Assembly: GCF_006345805.1 (NCBI RefSeq)
Contig: NC_042999.1
Coordinates: 103,540,001 to 103,604,000, forward strand
Source: Octopus sinensis
Taxonomy: Eukaryota
Length of the DNA stretch: 64,000 bases
Direction of reading: 5' to 3'
In this document: positions 1 through 14,585 of the stretch, piece by piece
Layout of the letters: every line of letters starts with the position of its first letter
How positions within the stretch are numbered: position 1 is the first letter of the stretch
Program-made: the position numbers and the translations under genes
Notes under the pieces: generated by a model
What the model was told of the DNA's origin: nothing
Database searches by the model: none
What the model saw: the letters and a program-made list of their open reading frames with translations, nothing else

Positions 1-480
1 CAAGTATTGTGCCTATGTAAAAAAAAACAACTAGTATTCGTTCTATTGTATTCTAACTTCAAATACCGCTGAGGTCAACTTTCCTTTTCACCCTCCTGTG
101 GTCAATAAAATAAAGTTCCAATCAAGTACTGGGATCGAAGAAATCGGCTAATATCCCCTCCCTTCAAAATTACTGGTTTTGTGCCTAAATCATCATCATC
201 ATCATCATCATTATTACTACATTGATTTTGTTGTTGCTACTACCGTTGTTCACGAAGATTAGTTCTAAGAGAGTCGATAGAATTCAATTGAAGACAAAAG
301 ATATATGTATGTCAAGATTTTATTTAAATATATGAAGACAATGACTGTAAACAAAGTCTAGTATCTAATCAAGTACAACATTAAGCTTAACAGTAAACAA
401 AATGAACATCTGATCTCTTGTGGTCTTTTATAATTCATCGACTTTCTATCTATCTAGCTACTTATCGATCCGTCTATCTA

Positions 481-515
<35 letters not shown>

Positions 516-604
516 GTCTACCTATCTACCTATCTATCTATCTATCTATCTATCTACCTCCAACTTAAAATTTTGTATTCTCCAACTTAAAATTTTCTAT
601 CGTG

Positions 605-1210
605 AATATTGTCGCCTCCTTCCTTGAAACGGAAAGGAAGAGCCATTTTCATCGTATTTGTGACTATGGCGAAATAATGTGTATGGTGGATGCGTCTGAA
701 AGGTCTAGAGACAAACACTTTCCTCTCTGGTGAATCTCTCATCAGCTTCTTCAAGTATCACTTCAAGAGGAAGGTTAGAGTAGAGAGGGAAGTTTTGACT
801 AGTGAATGTTTCAAAAAAAGATGGGCAAATGTAGCAAGGATGGCACGTGTAATTGACGAAGCTACCCTGAGCATAATCCTATGAATAAAAAAAAAGGGAA
901 AAAGAGAGTCACTTACTGTAATGCGTTTTTTTTTTCACGACATTATAACCCGAGGTTACCGTGGTCTTTTCCGTGGGCTTTTCTTTCCGCGAATAAACCT
1001 AATCCGTTTCCCCTTTTTACACTATGACATTTCTGTGATACACGATCCCTATTGATCGGCGTTTTTTAACGATCCGTTTTGATCGAATTTCTACCCGCCT
1101 TTCTTTTTTTTTCTTTTCGTTCTCTTCCTAAAAAGAAAAGCTCTACTTTGTATTTTGTCCCCTCTGTGTTCAGCCCTGTGTGGCCAATAAAGAAACATAT
1201 CTACCTCTTT
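605..1210 (+). mobile_element. Tx1/L1-like LINE 3' end, 5'-truncated
   Basis: CVWWMRLKGLETNTFLSGESLISFFKYHFKRKVRVEREVL...KRWANVARM, then a stop, an A-run and a pyrimidine-rich 3' UTR. Confidence 0.55.
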
Positions 1211-1307
1211 CTTACCCCTTTCCCTATCTATTTTCTTTCTTCTTGTCTAAACCTCACTTCTCTTGTGTTCAGTCTTGATCACACTCATACCCTCTCCTCT
1301 CTCTCTT

Positions 1308-1346
<39 letters not shown>

Positions 1347-2249
1347 ATTTATACATATATTCATGCATGCGTGCATTCGTATGTATGCACATATGCACAC
1401 TAATACTCGCTCATACAAGTACATGCATAGACACAGCATTGACGTCAGGTTTCTTTCAACAGTTAAAAAGTAGTTCATCCGTTGTCTCTAGCATTCATTT
1501 GTTCTTAAGATGTCTTATCTACTGTGCTGGGTTTTGAGTTCTAACATATTTGTATTTCCTGCCGAACGAATAACAAACAGTTTCAACAGCGTTTCAGTAT
1601 TTCACGCCTAAAATTGCCTGCATTCTCTGAAATTCTAGGGTTTCATGTGTACTGGGATATGACTGGGATACATGAAATTCTGCCAATATAATTTACGTGG
1701 AGATTCCACAGATTTACTTGCCCTAGTAGTAATATCAGTTAAATTGCCTTCAAATCACACTGTAATATCTTGAATAAGGAAATGCTAATCCTACATGATC
1801 CTTAAAAAATTTAGTAGTAGCGTAAGGAATGCCTCCTAGTATATCTGTAATACATCATAGCTAACCTGAGGATAAACATGAACTTCAACACAATGAACAA
1901 CAGAAATAACAAGAATATCGTCGACAACAACTACCTTATGTCATATTGCATACCAGGAGATAACTTGTCTAATACAAACAAAGTATGGGGGATATTCGAT
2001 TTTACCATTGATAGTCTCGATGGAGCCAATATTTGAATGCTGATGAGATGAACGAGGTTGGCAGTGGAACAAAGACAACCATCCACTAATACAAAGCAAA
2101 CGCAAATACTTTTGAGGCGGAAACACTGCTTCAGAGACCCCACCAAAAGCTGAACTCTCAGTCATCTAGGAGCAGAGAAAGGAAAACATAGTTTCGTTTA
2201 ACGTACCTTTCAAGATGAATCAATAACTTCCCTATTAGCATTATATTAC

Positions 2250-2600
2250 AACAATTCTTTAAGAAAAATGACAACGCCTAATCTTTTTGATGCGAAAAAT
2301 TACATGAGTATGGATACAACCGTAGCGACAGCAGTGATGTAATAGCTGCAATAAACCAGATTCTTATATAAAACAAGAATCACCTAATGCCCAAACGACA
2401 CAGGCAACTAAGAAAATGCAACGTCTGTGTAACAAAGAAACGATTTAATAAAAGCGGTCTTCGTCAACACAAAGACTCTTTCAAGAATTGTTCCCAAATG
2501 AGCACAATGACGCTTTCCAAATACATATGGACTATGAAAGGGAAGACAGAAAAGACCACTATTTCATAGGAAATGTTTGTCGAGCAAAGATATAAAAGTC
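2250..2600 (+). mobile_element. Decayed PLE GIY-YIG remnant
   Basis: HKDSFKN...TLSKYIWTMK..TTIS resembles the H..SF.....T.LSKYIW.LK...W segment of PLE endonucleases. Confidence 0.5.
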
Positions 2601-2748
2601 TGTTTAATTACTGCGCATTTCAGCTAATGTACCACGTAAACTGAAAGTCAATGTCTGCCAGCCGTTATAAGTAGAAATGTAAGCAGACCGTAGCATAGAG
2701 ACACATACAGACATGTGCGCACATACACACTCAACCACATAGACAAAC

Positions 2749-2821
<73 letters not shown>

Positions 2822-2846
2822 TAACACATACACACATATATGTATA

Positions 2847-2895
<49 letters not shown>

Positions 2896-3899
2896 TTCTC
2901 ACTATATATATATTAAATATATGTATATATATATATATAGATCATTACATATATATATACTTGAGTATTAGTGCCTTGTACGTTTTTGTACATGTTTGAA
3001 TGTCTGCGCGCATGTTTGAATAGTTTTCTTCCTGTGTCTGCAAGCTTATTGTGTATATGCTAATAATATACATTAAACTGTTTCACTGCATTCAATAAAA
3101 TCATTTCTCACCGGGCCACTGGGTAATGTTATTATTCTGGAAGAATTATTTTCGTTTTTTAAGCCACTGGTTATGAATAGCAGACTTTTCACACATAGAG
3201 GTCTTCCTGTAGAATAATGTTCATGCTCTACTTCTTCATGTGCTAAATGTCAAAAACTGAGACTGTTCAGCGTATAATGGAGACATAAGTACTGAAGCCT
3301 ACATATATTTAAAAAGTACGTAGGAGAAGAAGGATATAGGTTCAGCATAAAACAACAAATAATAACAACAATAAATACCTAGAAAAAGAAAAGAAAGTCA
3401 CAATTCTTGATCCATTTGTCGAACTTTTTACGTTGTTGTTGATTTTGAATCACTCTAGGCATAATGGGAATGCTATGTCTTAGAGCAATGACAAGCATCC
3501 AATGAAAATAAAATAAAACGAATCTGCCATGATATCTGTTTGACAACATAATCATTTCTATAACTGCATAGAGAACTTTAAATTGTTATTCTGAAAAGAA
3601 CTTCATATCCAAAGGCGCAGGTATGTCTGTGTAGTAAGAAGTTTGCTTCCCGATCACATGGTTTTGGGTTCAGTCCTAATGCTTCCCAACCAAAAGGTCT
3701 TTGGATAAGACTTATTTAACGATAATGAGCAAAACACCTATGGTTCCAAGGATGAATTATTCAAACTCAAAATAATTCTTCTCAACACATGGTTATGGTG
3801 CTCCACTACTATTCCTGCCCATGATTAGAGATGCACATATCGTCAGCCACTAAGGGACATGCCCATACTGGTTAAGGTCTAGCAATAGAATATTTAGCG

Positions 3900-3950
<51 letters not shown>

Positions 3951-4019
3951 GCAATACCAGGCAGTGTTAACATGTCAATGCTATGTGTTTGAGTAAAAGA
4001 TTGGTTACAGCAAATATGG

Positions 4020-4700
4020 CTAGGTCCTGGTATTTGCTATTTTTTCTATATATCTCATTTTTTTTTCATCATTTGGGACTGTAAAGCCAATTGTCTGGCA
4101 CTTTCCATTCTCTTTGTCTACTACTACTAAATCAGGCCTTCTAGCTTCTATTACTCTGTCAGTCTGAATGTTGAATTCTCACAACATCTGATATTTCTTA
4201 CTTTCTAGTATTTTACTAGGTTCGTGTTCATACCATGTATCAATATGGTCAAAATCCTAGCTTTCTACCTAGTTCTCAGTGGATTACTCTCCCTAGGTTG
4301 TCATATCATTTTTGTGTACTCTTCCTGGCTACCATGCTATATTCACTTACTATATGAGCAACACTTCCCTCTTTTGATTTGCATAACCTACATTGGGAAT
4401 CTACTTGGTGTTTTTGTTTATATTGGCTTTAATGCAAGTAATCCTTAATGCTTGATCTTGTGTTGCTACGAACAACTTTTTGTCTCTCTTTTGAGCTTTC
4501 CTTTCTGCGACCATAACCATGTCTCACTACTACCATTTGGTACAACTATCTTTGGGAATCTACCATGCAAGGTCTTCTGTCAGTCAGATAACTTTTGTTC
4601 TTTTTTCTGGTTTTTAACTTTGTCTGGCTTTTTGGTTTCCCAATGCCTTGCTGTGACTCTAGTAGCTCTTAAACTTTCTTCACTATTGCCTACATAGGAG
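4020..4700 (-). mobile_element. R4/Dong-like LINE fragment (CCHC knuckle + restriction-like endonuclease)
   Basis: Decayed translation: KGKLKRET..VATQDQAL, CRLCKSKEGSVAHIVSE, DNLGRVIH, WYEHEPSKILE, QTDRVIEARRPDLVVVDK, VPND, KYQDL. Confidence 0.75.
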
Positions 4701-6042
4701 TCTATATCTAGTCTAGCTAACGCCACGATTATTATTATTAAATACTTTAGGTGTTGTTACAGATACTGTTTTGAGTTTATTTTTGTTATGCTTAATAACG
4801 TATAACATCAGTTAAATTTGTTATGAATAGGACATTAAATGAGGGCAGAAAGCCAGCGAATTTGTTGATTCGTTAGAGCGCCCGACAAAATCCCTTGTAT
4901 TTAATTACAGCTCTTTACATTTTGAGTCCAAATCCTACAAAAGCATTCCACCCATGGCCTTCTCAGTTTTTTTTATAGACATTACATGTCTTTGCTTTTC
5001 ATTTTTTTCAATAAAGTTGCAAACTGGGGGAGATTTAATCGATTAACCCCAATCTCTTCCAAATGTCAGGCCTTGTACCTGTACTAGAAACCAATATATG
5101 ATATTATGGAAAGAGGAAATTTGATCTGAGACATATATCTTAAACATTTAGATGATTTGTAATTTTGCTATTTTTTCTGCTATCACTGCATTTTCAGTTT
5201 GATTATTCTGGTGGTGACGAGAGATGATTCGTGAAGACTTGACTGCAGAGGTTGTCCTTGGGGACGACAAAAATAAAGATCAATGACGCCTACCTAAATA
5301 ACAACAACAATAACATCGATATCGATAATTCCTACAAGGCTATAACATGTCAATATTTATTGTAGGAAAGCTAAATATTTCTAACAAAGAACAATTTCAA
5401 AACAATCAAATCATCTTAATCAAACCTAGCATCTTAAAAATAAAAGCACGCAAGCACACAATGAATGATGCAATAAAAACGACTATGCTCTAACAATAAC
5501 AACAAATAAATAAAAGCAGAAAACAGATTCTGAATGGAATGTCTCTGTTGATCGGTATGTTCAGTGAGCCTGACCTGGGTTGAGCTTACATAGCAATAAC
5601 ATCTACAACAGCAATAACAACGCTGGTGTCTTCCAAGTGACCAAAACCATTGATGCAAAATTTAATTGACGGAAACTTTGTGAATGGTCATGGGAAGGAT
5701 CATGACCTTTTATGGGTAACTGACTTAACCCATCGTCCAGCTTAATATCCAGTGCTTCGGTGTCTTTAATGGAATTCACTCCCGTCCAAATAATGAATCA
5801 ATACTCCAGGCTGAGTATACTGCCCTTCTTTCCTCTCATTTGTCACGGAGGCCCTTAAAACTGTAACTGACAATTCCTCCTTCCTCTGATTGAATCGTGT
5901 TAAATAGAATAGCAAGAGTATCGAAAAACACGACAGCTGGAAAATAGTTCATACATTTACACTAACGTTGACTTAACGGATATGACTGAAACTGTAACAT
6001 AGAAGAAGGTAATACATTTCCCGATGTTGTTGTTACTATTGG

Positions 6043-6090
<48 letters not shown>

Positions 6091-6149
6091 CCTTTAGCCC
6101 CGCCCCAGACTAATAGGGACAGAAAAAATCCAGGGCCAAAATCATTCCA

Positions 6150-6660
6150 CTCACGACCTTCCCAATTTCTTCTATGGACATTGCATATATAGAATACCTT
6201 ATGCTATGCCTCATCATCTGCAAGTGCAGACTCTTGGGTAGATCGTGGATGTCCTCCAACAATAGTTCTCGATTCATCTCTATATTCTTCTACTGGTCTT
6301 AGTAATTACTGCGTTTTCAGTTCACTTATCTCCGTGAATCAATCTTGACTTATTTTATTACGTTCACTTGCTCGGTATTTTTCACGGTTTGACCAAAACA
6401 TTTTGCGTTCACCTGCCTTTATAATATCTCAAAAATATCTAAGTTTTTATCTTTCAGGTCTTTCACAAGATTCTTTACAATTCCAATTTGGTACAACACA
6501 TACAGAATTTTTTTCTAGCTGATTCTTAGCATTCAGCACCAACGTTGGAAACTCTCTATCTGATTAATACCCGTTTTTGAAGAGCCCAACGTTGAAATTC
6601 AAACCATGCGAGATAAGATTGTATGCAGTAATATCATCATGGTATTTTGTTTCGAGAGGG
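6150..6660 (-). mobile_element. Highly decayed RTE-like LINE 3' fragment
   Basis: IESFQRWC..MLRIS-like and KL.YF..IIR-like remnants. Confidence 0.4.
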
Positions 6661-9600
6661 ATGTTTGTTAAAAGCTGTTTAAAGAATTAACTGCAATTTC
6701 TGTTGTTGCAAATCTATTTATCTCTTTGCTGTCATCACATTGATTTCTGATAATACTTCCATGACAGCAAACCTCATTCACCACATTGACAGCTTTATTA
6801 TAAATTATTATTGAATTATCTTGATGGTCCTGGCATAATCATTAATTCCGTTTTATCAAAATTAATTGATAATCCATATTTTACACTTTTTCTTTTACTT
6901 TGATTTTTCGAATCTTCAATCTTAGATAAGGCTAAGTTATTCAAACTGAACCTACCTATTTAAAACGGTAACATGTTATTTGAGTGAAATTTTGCTACTA
7001 TGCTTAGAGTTGAGCGAACGACGTAGGGACTCACTTGTAGGTCTTTGAAGTAAGTAGGAAAAAATAATGAGCTGTAATTTCTCAACAGATAAGGTGATTC
7101 GAAGCACCACGTATGGGGATCTGTGACGACATAGCTTAGGCCATTGGGTAATCTATAACGTACATTGAGAAGTATCGTACATGATTTTAAGACCGTTTCC
7201 TGAGGGTTCAAAATAATTTTGAACTCGACGATGGCACGAATTTACTTGTATTAAAGTAACTATTTGGTAGTGGAAGCCTCTTTTCTTATTGTAGGTAACA
7301 TGGGAGTGACTACTGTTAAACAGTTATCACATGTCACATAATCCCAAAGCCTTATTACTATCTAATGTCCAAGTAGACCGGAAAGATTTGGAACCGTGGA
7401 CTAGAAGGGTTTCTTATTGTCTTTTCCATACTCACACCATAACTCAATATCAGCACCGTGAATTAACAAATCACTCAATAATTGTAGAACAATTAGTAAA
7501 TCAGGGTTGAGTCTCTTGACCGTTGACATAGCACGGTGTTGTCAGAATATGAATCAACAATACTTCTCTTGTTTGTCTAATACCTTATTGTCTCAAACCA
7601 ATCGAGGCTACGTGTTTGTGTATACTAATAGACGTAAAGGAGTTCTTTGACTATTACATAGAAACTTATTTAACGGCTATTAAACAGAAGTTTCTTTAAT
7701 GGAAATCGATTAATTGTTTCAACATTGCTAACCACCAAACAACACTGAAAAGGAATATATTGTTTGGTCGTCTTGGATATAGCTAAATTAGTTAAGAAAT
7801 TTGTCTTGCGATACCTCTGTGTCAAGTTCGTTCCCACTTCGTAGCACAGTGGGTAAATGTCTTCTAGCTTAGCCTCGAGTCAATTCAACCCTTGCGAATA
7901 AAATAGTGTAGATAAAAACTGTTAAATTCCATTGGATGGAGTGTAGTTCTGACTAAATAAGGCAGTTTTTGTCATCCAACGTGCTACACTTAGAATGCCT
8001 TTAAAGATTGCATTAAGGGTATAATATATAGTTAATTAGTTAAGTAACATACTTAGTTTAGTTTAGCTAAAATGTTTTAATCAGGGATTAAACAACAACC
8101 GAGGTGTGGAGAGAAGCTAATCTTTGTTAAGGCAACAGCTTTGGGCATGCATCGGTCTATGACATAAACCACATTATAATATGTTACTCCGTCATCTGAA
8201 ATAGTCATCGTCGAAGCTGATACAATGTTCATATACTGTGTCAAGAACCTTTCTCTCTCTCACACTCTATGAAATTAATAAATACTAGTTTTTTTGTAAT
8301 TGAGCCGATGATGGAATATATCCTACCACCAAAATTTGAGTGTGCCCCATGGCCAATGGAATTAACTCATAGTACTCCAGAATACCTAGATTCTGATAAA
8401 TATCATTGGATGGGTACAGATGGGTACAGCTGTTTTTATGTAAGTCGAGCGGCTAGCTATTCATTGATGTGTTTACTTCTCGTATTAATGTTGGTGTTAT
8501 TTGGCATCGGTTCGACCCTGATCGAAAGAACGTACAAGAAATGACTTTACAGAATGACCAACCCTCCTTTTTGTGAGCGATGTAGATCCACGACCCCTTT
8601 GTAATACAGTAGCGTATGACTTGAACGGTAATTGACTGTTGTTGCTACTAGCCCAGGAGTCCTAAGTGCTTCAGTGGGAACGTTAAGTCAGCCCTTTTTT
8701 CTCATTCTTGTTGGTCTTTAGTGGTGCTGAAAGGATTGCTATGGTTGCGATGTGACAACCTTACTAGTTGAGTGTTAATTTATTTAGTGTAGTCATAGTG
8801 TGAACGAACGGTTGTGAGTTCGCTTCATATTCACGAGAATCTGTGTTTGATTGTTTTGTATGGATGTTTGTCAAGCTTTGTTCTTCATAGTCTTGGATCG
8901 AGCCATATATTCTGAATGAAGTTACGTAAACGAACACTGTTTGGAAGCCTTGTCACTCATTTTGTAACACCGTTTCTGCCTGAGAATTACGTTACGAATA
9001 TATGTATCTGTTGAATATTAATCCAACGATCAATTAATTCAGTTGACCAAACAACTGAATTCGCATCATTGACAGAGTCCGTCCATCTACTGTATTTAAG
9101 GACCTCGATGGAATAAAAGGAAAAGTTAACCTCGGTGGAATATCAACTCCGACCGCCAGAACGAATACTGTAAATCATTCTATCCGTGCCAGGCTGCATG
9201 ATTTTAAATTGCTTCTGATTTAGGCACAAGACAGTAGTTTTGAGGGGAGTTGATTAGGCAAGTATTTCATTTTGACGAATCCCAAAGGTTGAAAGACAAA
9301 GTTGACTTCGACAGAATTGGAACTCAGTACGTAATGGACCGGGACAAACGGCGTAAAGCACTGTTTCCGATGCTTTAACAATTCTGACATATCGTCGCCT
9401 TTATTAAATGAAACTTATTATGATCAAGAATGCGATACAGTCTATATTGTTCTAAATTAATACATTGACAAACTTTTGTGTTGTTTCTCTCGTTTAGTCT
9501 TTTGTCTGTGATGATCGAATATATCATTCTAGAAAAATCGAGGCATTCCGTACATACGATAATATTATTCAGCATATCATTTATAGGGTTGTAGATTGTT

Positions 9601-9720
9601 GTTCTAATGACATTTGGCTGTTATTTTTAGTTGGTCAAGCTACCTCGTACTGTATTTTCATGTTTTTAACCTATAGTCTTTATAGAAACTGCTATTATTG
9701 CTTCTTATCTTCTTGTGCTT

Positions 9721-9969
9721 CTGGGTTGGTGCATAATTATTACGGCTTTTTTTCAACAAATTTTATTCAACAAAAACAATAACATATAACAAAAACATCT
9801 TAAAATGATTATTCCGGAGCATATTCACCATCTATTTCAATTACTGTTTCCCATTTGCTTGGCAGACGGTCAGACCGTCATTTAAAGATGTTTTTCTTAA
9901 ATATTGTTATTGTTTTTGTTGAATAAAATTTGTTGAAAAAGGCCGCCGCAATTATGCACCAAACCAATA
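9721..9969. mobile_element. Mariner-derived MITE
   Basis: ~85-bp imperfect terminal inverted repeats starting GGTTGGTGCATAATT, similar to Hsmar1/MADE1-type mariner TIRs; ~75-bp spacer. Confidence 0.75.
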
Positions 9970-10589
9970 TAAATATTACTCATTGCGGTATTCTTTTTTC
10001 TAGTTCTCGCTGTTGTTGTTTCTTCTGTGTGTGTGATACCTTTCATTGAAAGAGTAAGGTATACTGCTGCTGCAGTTGTTGTGAACGATGATTTGGTTGT
10101 TCTTGTATAATCTCATCCTAACCCTAACTGAGCAGAATTATGATTAGAGATATTCCACGCCACATTTTTTTCTTTTTTTTTATTCAAGCATACTCTATCC
10201 GGGACCACAAAATTCTGTGTCCCGCCTATTTTGAAGAATCGTAATCTGGAGGAATATTTGACTACTATTTCTACCGGATCCACTGACTACGCAGAAACCC
10301 ATATGTTTGCTCGCATGTACAGTAGTATTATACGAATATTTTATAAGCATGCGTACATGTGCGTGTATTAGTCACCTTTTGTTTTAGACACCCTTTTTTA
10401 TGAGTGTGTGTTATTGCATATTCGTTCCTAATATATATACCAGAGCGTGTTTGTGTGTACATGTATATATATATATATATATAGCATTATGTGTAGAAGG
10501 TATTCTATCCCATTCTGTTTTTCTGTACGTCCTTGTTCAAGTCACCGCAAACCTTTTGACACTTGTTTTAATACGCACTTTGTGTTTCT

Positions 10590-10665
10590 ACAAAGGTACG
10601 CGCTCACACACAATACACACATATTCACAGCACACACACACATATATAAGTATATATACATTTGC

Positions 10666-10748
<83 letters not shown>

Positions 10749-11019
10749 TATATCTTCGTGTATATATATATATGTGTGTGTGTATGATATATGTATGTAT
10801 ACATATATACTTATATATATGCATATATATAAATATGTATATGTACATAAATATATATATATATACATATACATAAATATATATACACATATATATACGT
10901 ACATATATATATATATATATATATATACACTTACATGCATATACATATATACAATTACGTACATATACACACATATATATATACATATATATATATGTGT
11001 ATGTATATGTATGTATGTG

Positions 11020-11074
<55 letters not shown>

Positions 11075-11240
11075 ATATAAATATATATATATGTACGTAT
11101 ATATATGCGTAAATATATTTATGTATATATATATGTATATATATATATGCGTAAATATATTTGTGTATATATATATGCATATATATATCGATGTGCATAT
11201 GCTTATACATGCAAATACATATAAATTTGTATATATGTAT
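10590..11240. repeat. Compound (TA)/(CA)/(TACA) microsatellite tract
   Basis: Direct reading; source of many IYIY-type false ORFs. Similar tracts at ~2750, 14500, 19100, 24140, 26470, 32300, 45730, 47690, 55760, 58100 and 61430. Confidence 0.95.
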
Positions 11241-11663
11241 ATTAGTGTGTACGTCAAACATCGTCATAAACTCCAGAAGTCTTTGAAGAGACCCAAACAT
11301 GAAACATTTTACAAAGAGCTGTTACATTTGATTTGAGGAATGGTCATTCAAAAGTACCATAATACTGTACAGAATTGATTCTTTTGCTTTTGTTTTTTTT
11401 CCTTTTTGTTTTGCTTAATGTTCTTGTGTATGTATATACATATACACCTCATATATACATATTATACATGTGTGCGTATATATATATACATATTTGTATG
11501 TGTGTGTGTGTGTGTGTGCGTGTGTGCGCGTATGTATGTAAAACATGAGCTTTGATCGCGCCTGTTTTATTGACGTGGTAAGATTTCATCTGTCCGTCTG
11601 TCTGTTTACTTCTTGTTTTTAACGTGTACCTATTCAAATAAATACAGTGAAAAGAAAACAATG

Positions 11664-11764
11664 CATGATGATGATGGTGGGGATGGTGGTGGTGGTGGTG
11701 GTGGTGGTGGTGGTGGTGGTGGGAAGAAGAAGGTAGTCAGGGTGGATGGTGCTGTTGATGTCAT

Positions 11765-11799
<35 letters not shown>

Positions 11800-11845
11800 G
11801 GGAGGAGGAGGAGCAGGAGTAGGAGGATTATGATGATGATGACAA
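11664..11845. repeat. (GGT)n/(GAT)n/(GAG)n trinucleotide tract
   Basis: Direct reading. Similar tracts at 16320-16445, 40940-41015 and 58680-58862; (CTG)n at 6046-6089. Confidence 0.95.
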
Positions 11846-14168
11846 TGTTGATATGTCTCATTTGTCGACTGAAATCAAACAACATATACATAATGAATGA
11901 TGACACAAAGAACGTAAGAAAGAAAGAAAGAAAGAGAGAGAGAGAAAGAGAGAGAGAGAGAGGGAGAGAGAGGGAGCGCGAGAGAGAGAGACAGAGAGAG
12001 AAAGAATTAATTGTGATTTTCTGTTTTGAAGTTTGGAGGTCTTGTGGAGTTGGATACCTTTAGAAATATGAGCCAGTGACTTAATAAGAAAATATGTTTC
12101 GTACAAAGAATCTAATTGCTATGTTGAAAGTGCGAGTTGCAGAACGACAGCAGGGCAACAATTTTAAAGAGAAGTGTTTACTCGATACCGTTGGTCCAGA
12201 TGCTTGACCGTTTCTTTATTTTATCGACTCCGAAAGGATAAAACACAAAGTTGACCTCGATGGCATATGAATTCAAAACATAAAGAGCCAGTACAAATAA
12301 CTCGAAGTATTTTTGCGACGCTTGTTTCTTCGTTGTCTCTTTAACCTCACCACCAGGTTCTTGCATGCTTTTCGTTGAATCTATTCTATTGCAAGCATTG
12401 AGGACAATTTTCTGGTCTGAGGCTAACGTACTCCTGCCATATATCAATTACGTCGGCCCAGGTAAACATAAAACGCCCTGAAAATCTCCAAGCTAATCTA
12501 TTATAATTTTCATGTTTTTGAATAATCAAACAGTTGCATGCTTCGGTATTTCATAGAAAACATGGCCGGCGTGAAAGAAGTCGCACTTTTGTTTATGAAA
12601 TTGTCAGTTTAATTTTGTGTGAACATTGAAATGTTATCGGAAGACGAATACAGAAATAAGCTTTTATATTTTCCTCAAATAACTACAAAGCCACACAATG
12701 TTAAGAAGCACATAATTCAGTCATCAAAATCAACGCCTAGTTCCTGGATGATGCCAATTTTCTCAACTTCTGAAAAGTTAAAGCAATATATGAGCCTTGG
12801 CAGTATTGAGTACAGAGCACAAACGGTTGTAAATAAATAGCGCAGTCTTTGGTCTGATGTGCTATTAATTACACTATTCTACCTATCTTTACGATAAAAA
12901 TATCAATCTTTTGTTTCCTTCCGAATAAAACCGACAGTTACAAAATGCGTTTACATTTGATGGAAAATGTCTTCGGAGACTTTGGAAGTCACTTTGTTCA
13001 GATTAATCAAAATACTCTGGTGCGTAAGTCGAAATACTAATAGGATCTGCAAGTTGCTTCTCTAATCTTTTACTTGTTTTAGTTATTAGGCGACAACCAT
13101 ACTGGGGTATCGCCTTGAAGAGTGTTAGTCCAATAAATCTCCCCTTATATTTTTACTTATATATTTTACAGACTCTTCTATCGGTCTCTACAGTACTTAT
13201 ATGTTTTACAGCCTATCTGTCTCTAACCGCTAGATTGCAGTACCATAAACAAACCAACGCTGGTTACTAAGTGGGGGGAGGACAAACACAAAGACACATA
13301 GATATACGATATACATGTGTGACGGTCTTTCAGTTCCTGTCAACCAAATCCACTGGTGAGGCTTTGGTCGGCTTGAGGCTATACTAGAAAATATTTACCC
13401 CGGATGCCACGCAGTGAAATTGAACCTGGAACCATGTAGCTGGGAGGCAAACTCCTCACTAAGCAGCCAAGCCCGCTTGTTTCGGGGACTTTTTTCTGCT
13501 TAGTTTTAGACAATACATTTAACCCATGTAGATAAGAAGAAAGCAGTGTTAAAGCATATATCATACATGTCAAAAAAAAAAAAAAGAACCAACTGAGGTA
13601 GAAGAGATACTACAGTTATAAAATTTTAGTGAGAGTTGTTATGGCTGTTACATAATACTCAGTGATAAAATATTAAATGAAAACGAACATATAACAAAAT
13701 ACCATTTATAAAGCAATAGGCTATTATTAAGATAAGCCATCTATCATAGAAAATAAAATTTTATTTACGAGCATTCATTCCAGACAGGTTTCTATGTAAA
13801 ATTGCTGTTAATGTTTATTAGGGTATATCGGCAGAAGACTTCATAATTTGAATTTAAATTTATCGCGTATTAGGTTTTCACTAAAACTTACAATCCGTGA
13901 AGTAATCGATAGGAAAAAGAAGCACACATACAAAAGAAACTATGCTTAAAGTCTACGCATTAGACCAATCAAATATTGGTATATATAATCGTTTAGATGT
14001 ACATTAACACAAAGACATATACATACGTAGTATATATATGTGTGTGTATACACACACACATACATACATACAAATATATATATATGTATGTACACATACA
14101 CATACATACACACGTATAATCATATTTATATTCATAAGTTTCTGCATATATAAAGATGTATACATAAA

Positions 14169-14472
14169 TGTGGAGGCACATGGCCTAGTGGTTAGAGCAG
14201 CGGACTCGTGGTCGAGGGATCGCGGTTTCAAATCTCAGACCGGGCGATGTGTGTGTTTATGAGAGCAATACACCTAAGCTCCACGCGGTTCCGGCAGAAG
14301 GTAATAGCGAACTTCTGCTGACTCTTTCGCCACAATTTCTCTCACTCTTTCCTCCTGCATCTCGCAGCTCACCTGCGACGGACCGGCGTCCCGTCAGGGT
14401 GGGGAACCTATACGCCAAGGAAACCGGGAAACCGGCCCTTATGAGCCAGGCGTGGCTCGAAAAGGAACAAAC
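14169..14472 (+). mobile_element. tRNA-derived SINE
   Basis: A box TGGCCTAGTGG, B-box-like GTTTCAAATC, central GACGGACCGGCGTCCCGTC..GG segment. Related head at 55964. Confidence 0.8.
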
Positions 14473-14489
14473 ATATATTATATGAGTGT

Positions 14490-14573
<84 letters not shown>

Positions 14574-14585
14574 TATATATATATA

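Noticed and set aside
8269-8544. 91-aa ORF with hydrophobic C-terminus
   Set aside because: No recognisable domain or splice support; length is within chance expectation.
10400-11336. Long ORFs of 130-250 aa (IYIY, HTHT, YLSI, ERER types) here and throughout
   Set aside because: Translations of microsatellites that lack stop codons; no protein-like content.
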